A stretch of DNA of 64,000 nucleotides from Nitrospiria bacterium (lineage in GTDB: Bacteria > Nitrospirota > UBA9217): the NCBI GenBank assembly GCA_919901555.1, contig CAKKPG010000082.1, positions 4,693 to 68,692 of the forward strand, in the 5' to 3' direction. Numbering within the stretch: the stretch's first letter is position 1; every line of letters begins with the position of its first letter. Below the pieces are notes generated by a model, which saw only the letters and a list, made by a program, of their open reading frames with translations, searched no databases and had not been told where the DNA came from. Below are positions 7,043 to 16,775 of this stretch, one piece after another. The position numbers and the translations under genes are program-made.

Positions 7043-10024
7043 ATGGGTACATTTGATCGACGTTTTGTGGTCAGGAAATTCAAACTCATAGAACTCATAG
7101 TCTTGGTGGTGTGCGGGTTGGCGTTCCCCCTCACGGGGCACGCCTTTAAGCCCGACACCCATGTGTGGATAGGCCAGGAGGTGCTCAACGATGTGATTCC
7201 CGACGGCCGGGTCACCATCGGTGGCAAGGAGTATCCCGTTCCCCAGCACCTGTGGCGCGCGCTGGCCGATTACTCCGCGCAATATCGCATGGGCAATATC
7301 GGGCCGGATGCCTTCCCTGACATCATGGCAGGACAAATGGCCGTGCATCCGGGCGTCACCGAAGACCCGCCCAAGCCGCCCAGCCCCTGGAAAACCGACG
7401 ACTGGCTGCGCTGGTTGCTGTCGGCCGACCAGGCCGACCCGGAGCGTGCCGCCTTCGTGCACGGATATATCGCGCACGCCGCGGCGGACTTGTTCTCCCA
7501 CTCCTACGTCAATACCTATGCCGGCGACATCTTTTTTTTGACGGACGATGGCGAGGCGTTGGAGCAGGAAGTAGAGCTGCGGCATTGGACGCTGGAGGGC
7601 TATATCGCGCGCCACAATCCGCCGCTGCGCGATCATCTTGGCGCCAGCCTGGGTCCGGCCAGCGCGGTGGTCGCCACGCCGGCCAGCTACATTCGCGACC
7701 GCCTGATCTTCAACGACGAGGTCCAGGCGCAATACCAGAAGCAAGGCTACACCCAGCACCTGGCCGCGATGCACGAGCTGAACAAGGCCATTGCCCGCGC
7801 CCGCGGCAAGATCGATGAAATCGACGGCATTACCATCCCCGACCATCTCGTGGAGCTCAATGCGCGGCTCGCCAAAATCGAGGCCCATCTGGCCGAGGTG
7901 CTGGCGGACATCGAGCGCCTGCACAACGAGATTCTGGTCAAGACCAGCCTGGTCAATATCAACCTGCAATTGATCGACGAAAAGAGGGCGCTGATTGAGG
8001 CGAAAGTTAAAGAGATCGATGCCCTGAGTGAGCTGATCAACTCGATACAGGGACTGGTGGAGCAGCGCAACGCGATCGTTGCCGATTGGCAGAACAAGCT
8101 TGCCAACACGGTCAAGGAGACGTGCGAGACCTTCTGCGAAAACTGGCCGCCGGGATGCGGCAGCTTTCCACGGCCGCCCTGCGATCCGCTCTGCAAGCTG
8201 ATCTGCAAGCTCACGGAGGCCTGGATCGAGGTCAACAACAGCCTGCAGCAGGCGATACTGGAGCGCGACGCGGCGCTGGCCGAACTGAACGCCAGGATCT
8301 TCGACAAGACCGTGGCCGAGCGCGTCAGGGCCGAGGCCGAGATCGCACTCGCCGCGCTGGAAGCGGAGAACCGCATTCTTCAGGAGCAGATCAACCTGGC
8401 GACCGATCTGCTTGCCCAGCAACAGGCAGCGCGCGAACAGGCGCGCGCCGATGCGCTGGCGGTTCGCAACGAGATCACCCAAACCCACGAGATCCAGGCC
8501 GCGCATGTGTACGTCATTCGTATCATGCTCGAGCACTGGCAGCGGGATATGGGGCTGGCCACCGAGGCTTATGTGGTCGCCTGGGGCGATGTGCTGAGGA
8601 AGGTCATGGACGGCACCGGCGATCCTGCCCAGCCGTTGTTCGGGCCGGGCGGGTCGGTCACCAACGGGGTTGGCGACTCGGCAGTCAAGCCGCTGACCAA
8701 TTGGCTCGATTGCTGGGGCCCGGTCTACCAGGGCATTCCCAAAGAACTCCCCAACGGCATCTGCCGCGTCAAGCAAAGCTTTGATGTCTTGCTGGACGCG
8801 ATCAGCGACTTCCAGGCCGCGCTCGGCCCCCTCAATTGGCTGATCGATCCGGCCGGCCAGCTGCGGGATATCGTGCTGCAGGAGCTGGAGCCGACCATGG
8901 TCAAGACGGCCCTGGAGGTCACCACCAAGATCGGCGCGCCGCAGATGACCGACACCATCCGTCTGGTGTATTTCGGGGCGACCGCCGACACGCTCAACCA
9001 GATCTTCGCCAACGACAGTTCGCCCAAGGGCCTGATGTTGATTCCGGATGTCGCGCTGCGGGTCAACGGCGACATGCATCTGACGCCGCAGGGCCACTTC
9101 GATCCGGTCCAATACCGGGTGGCGCGGAACGCGGTGGTGCTGGCAAAGATGGCGCTGCTCGGCCCCCATGAGTTGAATCGCGTCGCCGCCGATATGGCGC
9201 CCCAGGCCGCCACCGTGTACGGGGTGGAGTTATATCCGGAACAGTCGATACCGGAGAGCACCTTCAATATCCTGATCGGCGTCGCCAAGTCGATCGACGG
9301 CAACCAGCAATGGCAGCAGCTTGGCCTGCCATATCATCGCCGCGGCAGCGGATTCGATCCGCAGTGGCCGTGGACGGCGGCGGATCCGGTGAACCCCGAC
9401 ACCGCGCGCAGTTTCAGCTATGGATTCCGTAACGGTACGGCGGGCTTCCGTTTCTGGGAGGATCCGGTGCTGCGCGAAGTCGTGTTCCGCGACCAGACCA
9501 CCGCCTTGTTCAAGGGGCCGCTCGCGCCGGGTATCGAGTACCCGAGCGAATTCGGTCTGTCGCGGATTATCCAGCGCGACTACCCGTACCCGGCCTGTCC
9601 GCAGAACCCGTTCCCGCGGACCACCAACATCGACGGCACGTTCCTGACGGATGCCGCCGGGGTGCGGCGGGATAACGGCTGCGATGAAGACTTGGTGATC
9701 ACCGCCGTGCCGGTGTTCGACAAAAAGCAGTTGCGGGTGGAATACACCGTCACCAACGAAGGCGCGGATCGGGCAAGTCGCTCGGCGGTGGCGTTTTATC
9801 TCTCCGCCGATACGACCCGGGACCTTTCAGACCTGCTCTTGGATCGTCATAATGTCCCGGCCCTGCGCACCGGTGCAAGCTTCTCCGGGTCGATAAAGGC
9901 GAAGCTGCCGAACTCCCTCGCGGCTGGCGCCTACTTCCTGATTGCCGTGGTTGACCCGGGCAGCCGGGTTGCCGAGAGTCGGGAAGACAACAACGCGTTT
10001 GTAGCCGGAATTACGGTTCCCTGA
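7043..10024 (+). CDS. Secreted multidomain protein: N-terminal Zn-dependent phospholipase C-like domain, central coiled-coil with Cys cluster, C-terminal CARDB domain (993 aa)
   Basis: Strong RBS aggagg; signal peptide ending LTGHA; His/Asp motifs (HVW, HGYIAHAAADLFSHSY, HWTLEGYIARH) typical of the Zn_dep_PLPC fold; ~250-aa heptad-repeat region; CETFCENWPPGCGSFPRPPCDPLCKLIC cluster; C-terminal RVEYTVTNEGADRASRSAVAFYLSAD...REDNNAF matches the CARDB consensus. Confidence 0.8.
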   Translation: MGTFDRRFVVRKFKLIELIVLVVCGLAFPLTGHAFKPDTHVWIGQEVLNDVIPDGRVTIGGKEYPVPQHLWRALADYSAQYRMGNIGPDAFPDIMAGQMAVHPGVTEDPPKPPSPWKTDDWLRWLLSADQADPERAAFVHGYIAHAAADLFSHSYVNTYAGDIFFLTDDGEALEQEVELRHWTLEGYIARHNPPLRDHLGASLGPASAVVATPASYIRDRLIFNDEVQAQYQKQGYTQHLAAMHELNKAIARARGKIDEIDGITIPDHLVELNARLAKIEAHLAEVLADIERLHNEILVKTSLVNINLQLIDEKRALIEAKVKEIDALSELINSIQGLVEQRNAIVADWQNKLANTVKETCETFCENWPPGCGSFPRPPCDPLCKLICKLTEAWIEVNNSLQQAILERDAALAELNARIFDKTVAERVRAEAEIALAALEAENRILQEQINLATDLLAQQQAAREQARADALAVRNEITQTHEIQAAHVYVIRIMLEHWQRDMGLATEAYVVAWGDVLRKVMDGTGDPAQPLFGPGGSVTNGVGDSAVKPLTNWLDCWGPVYQGIPKELPNGICRVKQSFDVLLDAISDFQAALGPLNWLIDPAGQLRDIVLQELEPTMVKTALEVTTKIGAPQMTDTIRLVYFGATADTLNQIFANDSSPKGLMLIPDVALRVNGDMHLTPQGHFDPVQYRVARNAVVLAKMALLGPHELNRVAADMAPQAATVYGVELYPEQSIPESTFNILIGVAKSIDGNQQWQQLGLPYHRRGSGFDPQWPWTAADPVNPDTARSFSYGFRNGTAGFRFWEDPVLREVVFRDQTTALFKGPLAPGIEYPSEFGLSRIIQRDYPYPACPQNPFPRTTNIDGTFLTDAAGVRRDNGCDEDLVITAVPVFDKKQLRVEYTVTNEGADRASRSAVAFYLSADTTRDLSDLLLDRHNVPALRTGASFSGSIKAKLPNSLAAGAYFLIAVVDPGSRVAESREDNNAFVAGITVP

Positions 10025-10195
10025 CAGGTCGCTGGAGATGCGCATGGATGGGCATTTCAGCTCACCAGAATCTGCCCCGGTTCTCCTGTCCGAAAACCGG
10101 GCTGGAAGTGCACCGAAAATGCCGCAGGTAACAAGGGCTGGGTCTGGGCGGTCATCGAGGTGGATTTGTCCGAGGTCGATGACCGGACGGCGCGC

Positions 10196-10455
10196 ATGAA
10201 TATCACGCTGCCAGGCGGGTGTTGCGGGTTATCGATGAGGCCTCCAAGCGGTCCGGCGAAACCCGCCTGGGCTACATTGTGCGCGCCGGCCTCGTTGAGG
10301 AGCAGGCGCGCACGTTAGCACCCTATCGAACCCGGAGCCCTTCCACTCAGGCTTTCTGCGAGCAAAAAAAGGAGTGCTCCCCATGCCGCGGGGATGAACC
10401 GATTGTCAGCATCAACGCGGCGAGCGGCGTTGATGCTGAGTGGGCGCGGATTTAA
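10196..10455 (+). pseudogene. Possible frameshifted ribbon-helix-helix (CopG/antitoxin-like) gene remnant
   Basis: ATG at 10196 encodes MNITLPGG then runs out of frame; the +1 frame from 10219 continues VLRVIDEASKRSGETRLGYIVRAGL, which together resemble an RHH N-terminus (beta-strand then helix). Confidence 0.3.
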
Positions 10456-10635
10456 CCCCGCCAAGCCATCAATGCCGTTGCGGCGGGCTCAGGTTTTATT
10501 TATCCTGGCTGTGCCTGGGAACATGGTTTGTCCCACCCAGCCTCGGGTTGGCGCTGCTTACCCGCAGTTGTGATGTGGGAATGGTCGCGCCGCCGACTGC
10601 TGGGTGACAAAATCCCGAGAGGCCACAAGGGGCCG

Positions 10636-10869
10636 GCAATGAAAATACCGCCTCGTCTGCTCGTTGCAGTCGTGCTTGGCTTGGCAACATCTACGGCCGC
10701 CTCCACCATCACCAAACTATCCGTCGATCCTGTCGCTGCGTCGGCAGCGGGTGTTCCGGTGTACGACCCAACCGCCGCGGGCAGCGCCGCCGCCGGAGTC
10801 GGGCTGTACGTCCGGCCGGTCGACCCCACCTGGCCTACCCGGTCGCTGTTCACTGATCGAGAACCTTGA
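10636..10869 (+). CDS. Small hypothetical secreted protein (~77 aa)
   Basis: Internal Met of ORF 10528-10869 followed by signal-peptide-like MKIPPRLLVAVVLGLATSTAAS; Ala/Pro/Val-rich; no recognisable family. Confidence 0.25.
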   Translation, partial: AMKIPPRLLVAVVLGLATSTAASTITKLSVDPVAASAAGVPVYDPTAAGSAAAGVGLYVRPVDPTWPTRSLFTDREP

Positions 10870-10883
10870 AGGCTTTTCTTATC

Positions 10884-10913
10884 AAAGCGCTTGATTGGTT
10901 AAAAGCGCTTTGG
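10884..10913. other. Perfect 10-bp inverted repeat hairpin between convergent genes
   Basis: caaagcgctt-gattggttaa-aagcgctttg; no adjacent U-run, so terminator function is uncertain. Confidence 0.3.
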
Positions 10914-10940
10914 GAACAGGCCGCCGATGTAAGAGCCATG

Positions 10941-11447
10941 CTACTCCGTTTCGCAGGGCGGCACCGTTTCTTTTAGTTCTTCGAGTTTTACTGCAGTAAG
11001 CTCGGTCTTTATTGTATAATCAGATTCTGCGTACAGGTCTTTTTTCTTCATAAGCAGCCACTCCTTGCCCGTGGCCCGGGGAATGCCTTTCATCCGGGCC
11101 AGGGCGAAGGCTCCCTTCAGCTTTTTCCCGCTCAGTTCAAAGCTGAGCTTGCCGCTGTTGAGCGCTTCCCCGGGATCGTCGGTGTCAAGGGGCTTGAATT
11201 CACCGGCGTCCCAGACCACCACGGGCCCTGCGCCGTAATGACCTTCGGGGATGATGCCTTCGAAGTCGATATATTCCAGCGGATGGTCAGGCGCCATGAT
11301 TGCCAGCCGCTTGTCAGCGGGGTTCAGGGACGGGCCCTTGGGGATGGCCCAGGACTTGAGCACACCCCCGATCTCCAGCCGGAAGTCGTAGTGGAGCCTC
11401 GTTGCTTTGTGTTCGTGCACGACAAATCTCAGATGTTTGGCCGGCAT
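10941..11447 (-). CDS. Standalone DNA ligase D 3'-phosphoesterase (LigD-PE) domain protein (~168 aa)
   Basis: MPAKHLRFVVHEHKATRLHYDFRLEIGGVLKSWAIPKGPS matches the LigD PE-domain signature (HYD.RLE, SWAVPKGPS); start moved to ATG at 11447, which is preceded by aggagg. Confidence 0.8.
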   Translation of the reverse strand: MPAKHLRFVVHEHKATRLHYDFRLEIGGVLKSWAIPKGPSLNPADKRLAIMAPDHPLEYIDFEGIIPEGHYGAGPVVVWDAGEFKPLDTDDPGEALNSGKLSFELSGKKLKGAFALARMKGIPRATGKEWLLMKKKDLYAESDYTIKTELTAVKLEELKETVPPCETE

Positions 11448-11835
11448 GGTATCCTCCTCTCGATCGCACGTGTCTGATCTGGTCATATGATAGCGGAAGC
11501 CCTTCCGTCACGCAAGGGCTTTCCCGGGACAACCATGATGGCGCCTCGTGGTATAATTTTAACAGAGACCCTCTTCATAGACCTGTGGCGGATAAATGAA
11601 GCGTGTTCTTTTAATGCCACAGCGCCGGTATGGTCATCCTTCCCGATGGGTAGGAAGAAAATATCGGTATCGCTAAAATCGTCCGGCGCATGTGTGTTCG
11701 CGGCAGGCACGATCGTTGCCGAGGGGTGGATGTTCGTTGCTGAGTGAAACTTCTTGACAAACCGCGCGCTTCCCGTATAAAATCACAATTCTCAATCAGC
11801 CGTGTCGTGTCTACTTCCGCGGAGAATTTTTTTCT

Positions 11836-13311
11836 ATGATCAAGATTTACAATACCCTAACGAGCAAAAAAGAAGAATTTGCGCCGATCACGCCGGGCGC
11901 GGTGAAAATGTACGCCTGCGGCGTGACGGTGTACGACTATTCGCACTTGGGCCACGCCCGGGGAGCCGTCGTTTTCGACGTGATCCAGCGGTACTTCCGG
12001 CGTAAGGGGTTCCGGGTGACGTACGTGCGGAACTTCACCGACGTGGACGACAAGATCATCAATCGCGCTAAGGAGGAAGGAACCACCGCCGCCGAAGTGG
12101 CCCAGAAGTATATTCAGGCTTACCAGGAAGACATGGCGCGACTCGGCGTGAGCAGGGCCGACGTGGAGCCGAGGGCCACCGGGCACATCAAGGAGATGGT
12201 TGAAGTCATCAAGGGCCTCATCGAAAAGGGGCACGCCTACGTTGTGGACGGCAATGTCTTTTTCCGCGTGGCGAGCTTCGCCGGGTACGGCAAGCTCTCG
12301 AAGAGGAACCTTGAGGACATGCAGGCCGGGGCGCGGGTGGAGGTGGACGAGCGCAAGAACGATCCGCTGGACTTCGCGCTCTGGAAGGCGTCAAAACCCG
12401 GGGAGCCGGCCTGGGACAGCCCCTGGGGGCCGGGAAGGCCCGGCTGGCACATCGAGTGCACGGCCATGGGGTTCAAGCACCTGGGAGAGACCTTTGACAT
12501 CCATGCGGGAGGCAAGGACCTTATCTTTCCCCACCACGAGAATGAGATCGCCCAGAGCGAGGCCTTTTCGGGCAAGCGGTTTGTGAACTACTGGCTCCAC
12601 AATGGTTTCGTGAACATCAACCAGGAGAAGATGTCAAAGTCCCTGGGCAACTTCTTTACGATCCGGGAGATCCTCGACCAGTACGATGCGGAGATCGTGC
12701 GGCTCTTCCTGCTTTCCACGCACTATCGGAGCCCCATCGACTTTTCCGATGGGAACCTGAAGGACGCCCGCGCCGGCCTCGACCGGTTCTATACCATGAA
12801 AGAGGGCATCAAAAACTACCTTGCCGGCAAGATGCCGCCCGCAGTCAGGCCCGAGCAGGTGATCGAGGGCGCGGACCGGCCGCTCTACGAAAAGATCCTG
12901 AATCTGCGCACGGTATTCGAGGAGGCCATGGACGATGATTTCAACACCGCTTTTGCCATCGGCCTCATCTACGACCTCGTCCGGGACGTGAATAAATTCA
13001 TTGCCGAGGTCGAAGGGAAGCGTGAGGACGCCGCATACATCATCCTGTCGGCCGCTGCCGACGCCTTCGACAATGTGGGCAAGACCCTGGGAATATTCCT
13101 CCGGGACCCCGAGGAGTGGTTCAAGGCAGCGAGGCTTGGCGAGGGCAAGGTATCCCTGCCGATGGAAAAGATTGAGGAGTACATCCACCTGAGAAACGAG
13201 GCGCGGGCGCGCAAGGACTGGGCCGAGGCCGACAGGATCCGTCTTGTTCTGGACGAGGCCGGGGTGGCGCTCTACGACCGGTCGGGCGGCACGGTCTGGA
13301 AGCCGAAGTAG
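11836..13311 (+). CDS. cysS: Cysteine--tRNA ligase
   Basis: HIGH motif (HLGHAR), KMSKS motif, zinc-binding Cys residues; 491 aa. Confidence 0.95.
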   Translation: MIKIYNTLTSKKEEFAPITPGAVKMYACGVTVYDYSHLGHARGAVVFDVIQRYFRRKGFRVTYVRNFTDVDDKIINRAKEEGTTAAEVAQKYIQAYQEDMARLGVSRADVEPRATGHIKEMVEVIKGLIEKGHAYVVDGNVFFRVASFAGYGKLSKRNLEDMQAGARVEVDERKNDPLDFALWKASKPGEPAWDSPWGPGRPGWHIECTAMGFKHLGETFDIHAGGKDLIFPHHENEIAQSEAFSGKRFVNYWLHNGFVNINQEKMSKSLGNFFTIREILDQYDAEIVRLFLLSTHYRSPIDFSDGNLKDARAGLDRFYTMKEGIKNYLAGKMPPAVRPEQVIEGADRPLYEKILNLRTVFEEAMDDDFNTAFAIGLIYDLVRDVNKFIAEVEGKREDAAYIILSAAADAFDNVGKTLGIFLRDPEEWFKAARLGEGKVSLPMEKIEEYIHLRNEARARKDWAEADRIRLVLDEAGVALYDRSGGTVWKPK

Positions 13312-13472
13312 GGGTACATCCCAAATCTCAGGCACCAAATCCCCAAAAATTCCAAATATAAACATCAAGTATGAGACTGCAGAACTATTTGAAATTTTAT
13401 TGTTCGTGCTTATTAAAGGGTTTGGAATGTAAGCCTTCCCTGCGCCCTCCGCGCGTTCCGCGGTAAAATTAT

Positions 13473-14222
13473 ATGCAAAAGGAAAACATAGTCGGCATCA
13501 ACCCCGTGATGGAAGCGCTCAAGGCGGGCAGGCCCATTCAGCGGATTCTTATTGCCGAGCAACGGAAGCAGGACCGCGACGTCCAGAGGATCCTCGGGCT
13601 CGCCAGGGAAGCCGGCATCGAGGTCAGGGTCGTGGCCCGCGACGCCCTCACCAGGGAAGCACCCGGCGCGGTCCATCAGGGGGTGCTGGCCATCGCAGCG
13701 GCCAGAGGCTACGCCACGCTCGATGATATCCTGCAGATACCTGCGCAAAAGGGGGAGGTTCCCCTTTATCTCGTCCTGGACGGTGTGGAAGACCCGAGGA
13801 ACCTCGGGGCGATCCTGAGGACCGCCGAAACCGCCGGCGTCCACGGGGTCGTCATCCCGGAACGGCGCGCGGCCGGCCTCACCGAGTCCGTTGCCAAGTC
13901 GTCAGCGGGGGCGCTGGAATACGTGCCGGTGGTCAAAGTGGTGAACATTGTCCATACTCTTGATGAATTCAAGAGAGCCGGCCTCTGGGTCGCCGGGGCC
14001 GAGGCAGGGGGGGACAGGCTCTATTGGGACGCGGATTTTACCGGGCCGACCGTTCTCGTCGTCGGCGGCGAGGACCGGGGGGTGCGCCGCCTGGTGCGCG
14101 AGCGGTGCGATTATATCGTTTCCCTGCCGCTCAAGGGCAGGATCAGCTCCTTGAACGTGTCCGTGGCCGCAGGGGTCCTCCTCTACGAAGTGCTGCGCCA
14201 GCGGGCGCTAAAATCCCCTTGA
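13473..14222 (+). CDS. rlmB: 23S rRNA (guanosine-2'-O)-methyltransferase RlmB / SpoU-TrmH family
   Basis: SpoU substrate-binding N-domain plus methylase motifs LVLDGVEDPRNLGAILRTAETAG and SLNVSVAAGVLLYE; 249 aa. Confidence 0.85.
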   Translation: MQKENIVGINPVMEALKAGRPIQRILIAEQRKQDRDVQRILGLAREAGIEVRVVARDALTREAPGAVHQGVLAIAAARGYATLDDILQIPAQKGEVPLYLVLDGVEDPRNLGAILRTAETAGVHGVVIPERRAAGLTESVAKSSAGALEYVPVVKVVNIVHTLDEFKRAGLWVAGAEAGGDRLYWDADFTGPTVLVVGGEDRGVRRLVRERCDYIVSLPLKGRISSLNVSVAAGVLLYEVLRQRALKSP

Positions 14223-14248
14223 CAAGACTACCGGTTATCTATTATTAT
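14219..14248 (+). promoter_or_regulatory. Candidate sigma70 promoter P1 upstream of tRNA-tuf operon
   Basis: TTGACA (14219-14224), 18 bp spacer, TATTAT (14243-14248). Confidence 0.35.
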
Positions 14249-14271
14249 AAGAAGCTGTTTTCATTTTTTAA

Positions 14272-14300
14272 TTGACATCGGGCGTTCTGTGGGATAAAAT
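14272..14300 (+). promoter_or_regulatory. Candidate sigma70 promoter P2 upstream of tRNA-tuf operon
   Basis: TTGACA (14272-14277), 17 bp spacer, TAAAAT (14295-14300); ~55 nt upstream of tRNA-Thr. Confidence 0.5.
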
Positions 14301-14358
14301 GCGTACTTCCTAAAAACTGCACACATCCGCAGTGCGCCCGGGGGATTTCGAGTTTCTG

Positions 14359-14433
14359 CCACCGTAACTCAGTTGGTAGAGTAGCTGATTTGTAATCAGC
14401 CTGTCGTGGGTTCGATTCCCTCCGGTGGCTCCA
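14359..14433 (+). tRNA. thrU: tRNA-Thr (anticodon TGT)
   Basis: Cloverleaf with acceptor gccaccg/cggtggc, anticodon arm gctga-tttgtaa-tcagc, TTCGATT T-loop, encoded CCA. Confidence 0.9.
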
Positions 14434-14474
14434 GACAACAATCCTTACGTTCGAGGTTAGAGACGGACAATACC

Positions 14475-14559
14475 GGGGAGGTTCCCGAGCGGTCAAAGGG
14501 AACAGACTGTAAATCTGTCGGCATCGCCTTCGGAGGTTCGAATCCTCCCCTCCCCACCA
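14475..14559 (+). tRNA. tyrU: tRNA-Tyr (anticodon GTA), long variable arm
   Basis: Acceptor ggggagg/cctcccc, anticodon arm acaga-ctgtaaa-tctgt, long variable arm, TTCGAAT T-loop, CCA. Confidence 0.9.
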
Positions 14560-14628
14560 GAGGAATTGCGGATTACCGATTGCGGAATGCGGATTGCAAA
14601 ATCTGCAGTCCGAAATCCGAAATTGAAT
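14560..14628. repeat. Intergenic GAWTGCG/CCGAAAT heptamer-repeat element (E1)
   Basis: gattgcggaatgcggattgc ... gtccgaaatccgaaattgaa; 7-bp periodic units in inverted blocks; related to 16201-16270 and 53140-53180. Confidence 0.6.
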
Positions 14629-14705
14629 GCGGGAATAGCTCAGCTGGCTAGAGCGCCAGCCTTCCAAGCTGGGGGTCGCGGGTTCGAATCCCGTTTCCCG
14701 CTCCA
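14629..14705 (+). tRNA. glyT: tRNA-Gly (anticodon TCC)
   Basis: Acceptor gcgggaa/ttcccgc, anticodon arm ccagc-cttccaa-gctgg, TTCGAAT T-loop, CCA. Confidence 0.9.
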
Positions 14706-14816
14706 CGTTATCACAGTCGAGAGCCTCAAGAGTCGTGAGTCTGTTGAGCGGGGAAGGTCTGCATATCTTGGCTCTTAAGACTTGTCAGGCCATCGACTCA
14801 AGGGACACGAAAGACC

Positions 14817-14892
14817 GCCCATGTAGCTCAGTTGGTAGAGCACATCCTTGGTAAGGATGAGGTCAGCGGTTCAATCCCGCTCATGGGCTCCA
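14817..14892 (+). tRNA. thrT: tRNA-Thr (anticodon GGT)
   Basis: Acceptor gcccatg/catgggc, anticodon arm catcc-ttggtaa-ggatg, TTCAATC T-loop, CCA. Confidence 0.9.
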
Positions 14893-14986
14893 GTGCATCC
14901 GGTTGCGGTTAGCGGTTTGGGACCCAGACTTACAAGAGTGTGGGAAGACGAACGACGGTATACTTATACCTCTGGAGGAATAATAC

Positions 14987-16186
<1,200 letters not shown>

Positions 16187-16200
16187 GAAACGAATGCGGA

Positions 16201-16270
16201 TTGCGGAATGCGGAATGCGGAATAAAAAACGGAAATCCGAAATCTGCAATCTAAAATCAGAAATTGAAGG
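16201..16270. repeat. Intergenic heptamer-repeat element (E2): 4x GAWTGCG then 5x NNAAATC
   Basis: gaatgcggattgcggaatgcggaatgcggaat aaaaaac ggaaatccgaaatctgcaatctaaaatcagaaatt. Confidence 0.6.
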
Positions 16271-16284
16271 TGAGGCTATAAGAA

Positions 16285-16437
16285 ATGCGGGAAATCATTC
16301 TGCTCGCCTGCGGCGAGTGCAAGCGCAAAAACTATTCAACGACCAAAAACAAGCGAAACACTCCTGACAAGCTGAACCTGGAGAAGTACTGCCGGTTCTG
16401 CCGTAAGCATACGGTCCACAAGGAAACGAAGGCGTAA
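16285..16437 (+). CDS. rpmG: 50S ribosomal protein L33 (50 aa; below ORF-track size cutoff)
   Basis: Manual translation [50 protein letters not shown] matches L33 (TTKNKR..P.KLEL.KY.P.CRKH); conserved tuf-rpmG-tRNATrp-secE position. Confidence 0.85.
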   Translation: MREIILLACGECKRKNYSTTKNKRNTPDKLNLEKYCRFCRKHTVHKETKA

Positions 16438-16469
16438 CGGACGCATTCGAAAACGGTGAGACGGGACAC

Positions 16470-16546
16470 AGGCCAGTAGCTCTAATTGGTAGAGCTCCGG
16501 ACTCCAAATCCGGCCGTTGGGGGTTCGAGTCCCTCCTGGCCTGCCA
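16470..16546 (+). tRNA. trpT: tRNA-Trp (anticodon CCA)
   Basis: Acceptor aggccag/ctggcct, anticodon arm ccgga-ctccaaa-tccgg, TTCGAGT T-loop, CCA. Confidence 0.9.
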
Positions 16547-16578
16547 AATCCTTGCTCCGGGAAAGAGGACACGATCGC

Positions 16579-16767
16579 ATGTTAAAAAGAATTGCCGAGT
16601 TTTTTCAGGAAGTAAAGCTGGAACTCAAAAAGGTTGTGTTTCCGACGAAAAAGGAAGTTATCGGCTCTACCTGGGTGGTGATCATCACGGTGGTCATTGC
16701 CGCCTTTTTCCTGGGGTTAGTCGATATGGGGCTGGGGAAGCTGATGACCCTCGCCTTTAAGAAATAG
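16579..16767 (+). CDS. secE: Preprotein translocase subunit SecE (62 aa)
   Basis: Single C-terminal TM helix GSTWVVIITVVIAAFFLGLVDMGL; conserved position before nusG; internal ATG chosen over upstream ORF-track start. Confidence 0.85.
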   Translation: MLKRIAEFFQEVKLELKKVVFPTKKEVIGSTWVVIITVVIAAFFLGLVDMGLGKLMTLAFKK

Positions 16768-16775
16768 AGAAGACT

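Noticed and set aside
6968-9169. 733-aa minus-strand ORF overlapping the 993-aa gene
   Set aside because: Antisense-type composition. The + strand product has a strong RBS, a signal peptide and a recognisable CARDB domain
11487-11835. T-box or other riboswitch upstream of cysS
   Set aside because: No specifier/T-box consensus (AATTAGGGTGGNACCGCG-like) visible; the region contains only dubious short ORFs
13311-13472. AT-rich spacer with CCAAAT-like triplet between cysS and rlmB
   Set aside because: Too few units to distinguish from chance; probably just the rlmB promoter region
14340-14900. tRNA cluster as an integration hotspot for a genomic island
   Set aside because: No integrase, direct repeat of a tRNA 3' end, or foreign genes adjacent; the tRNAs are part of the conserved tufB operon
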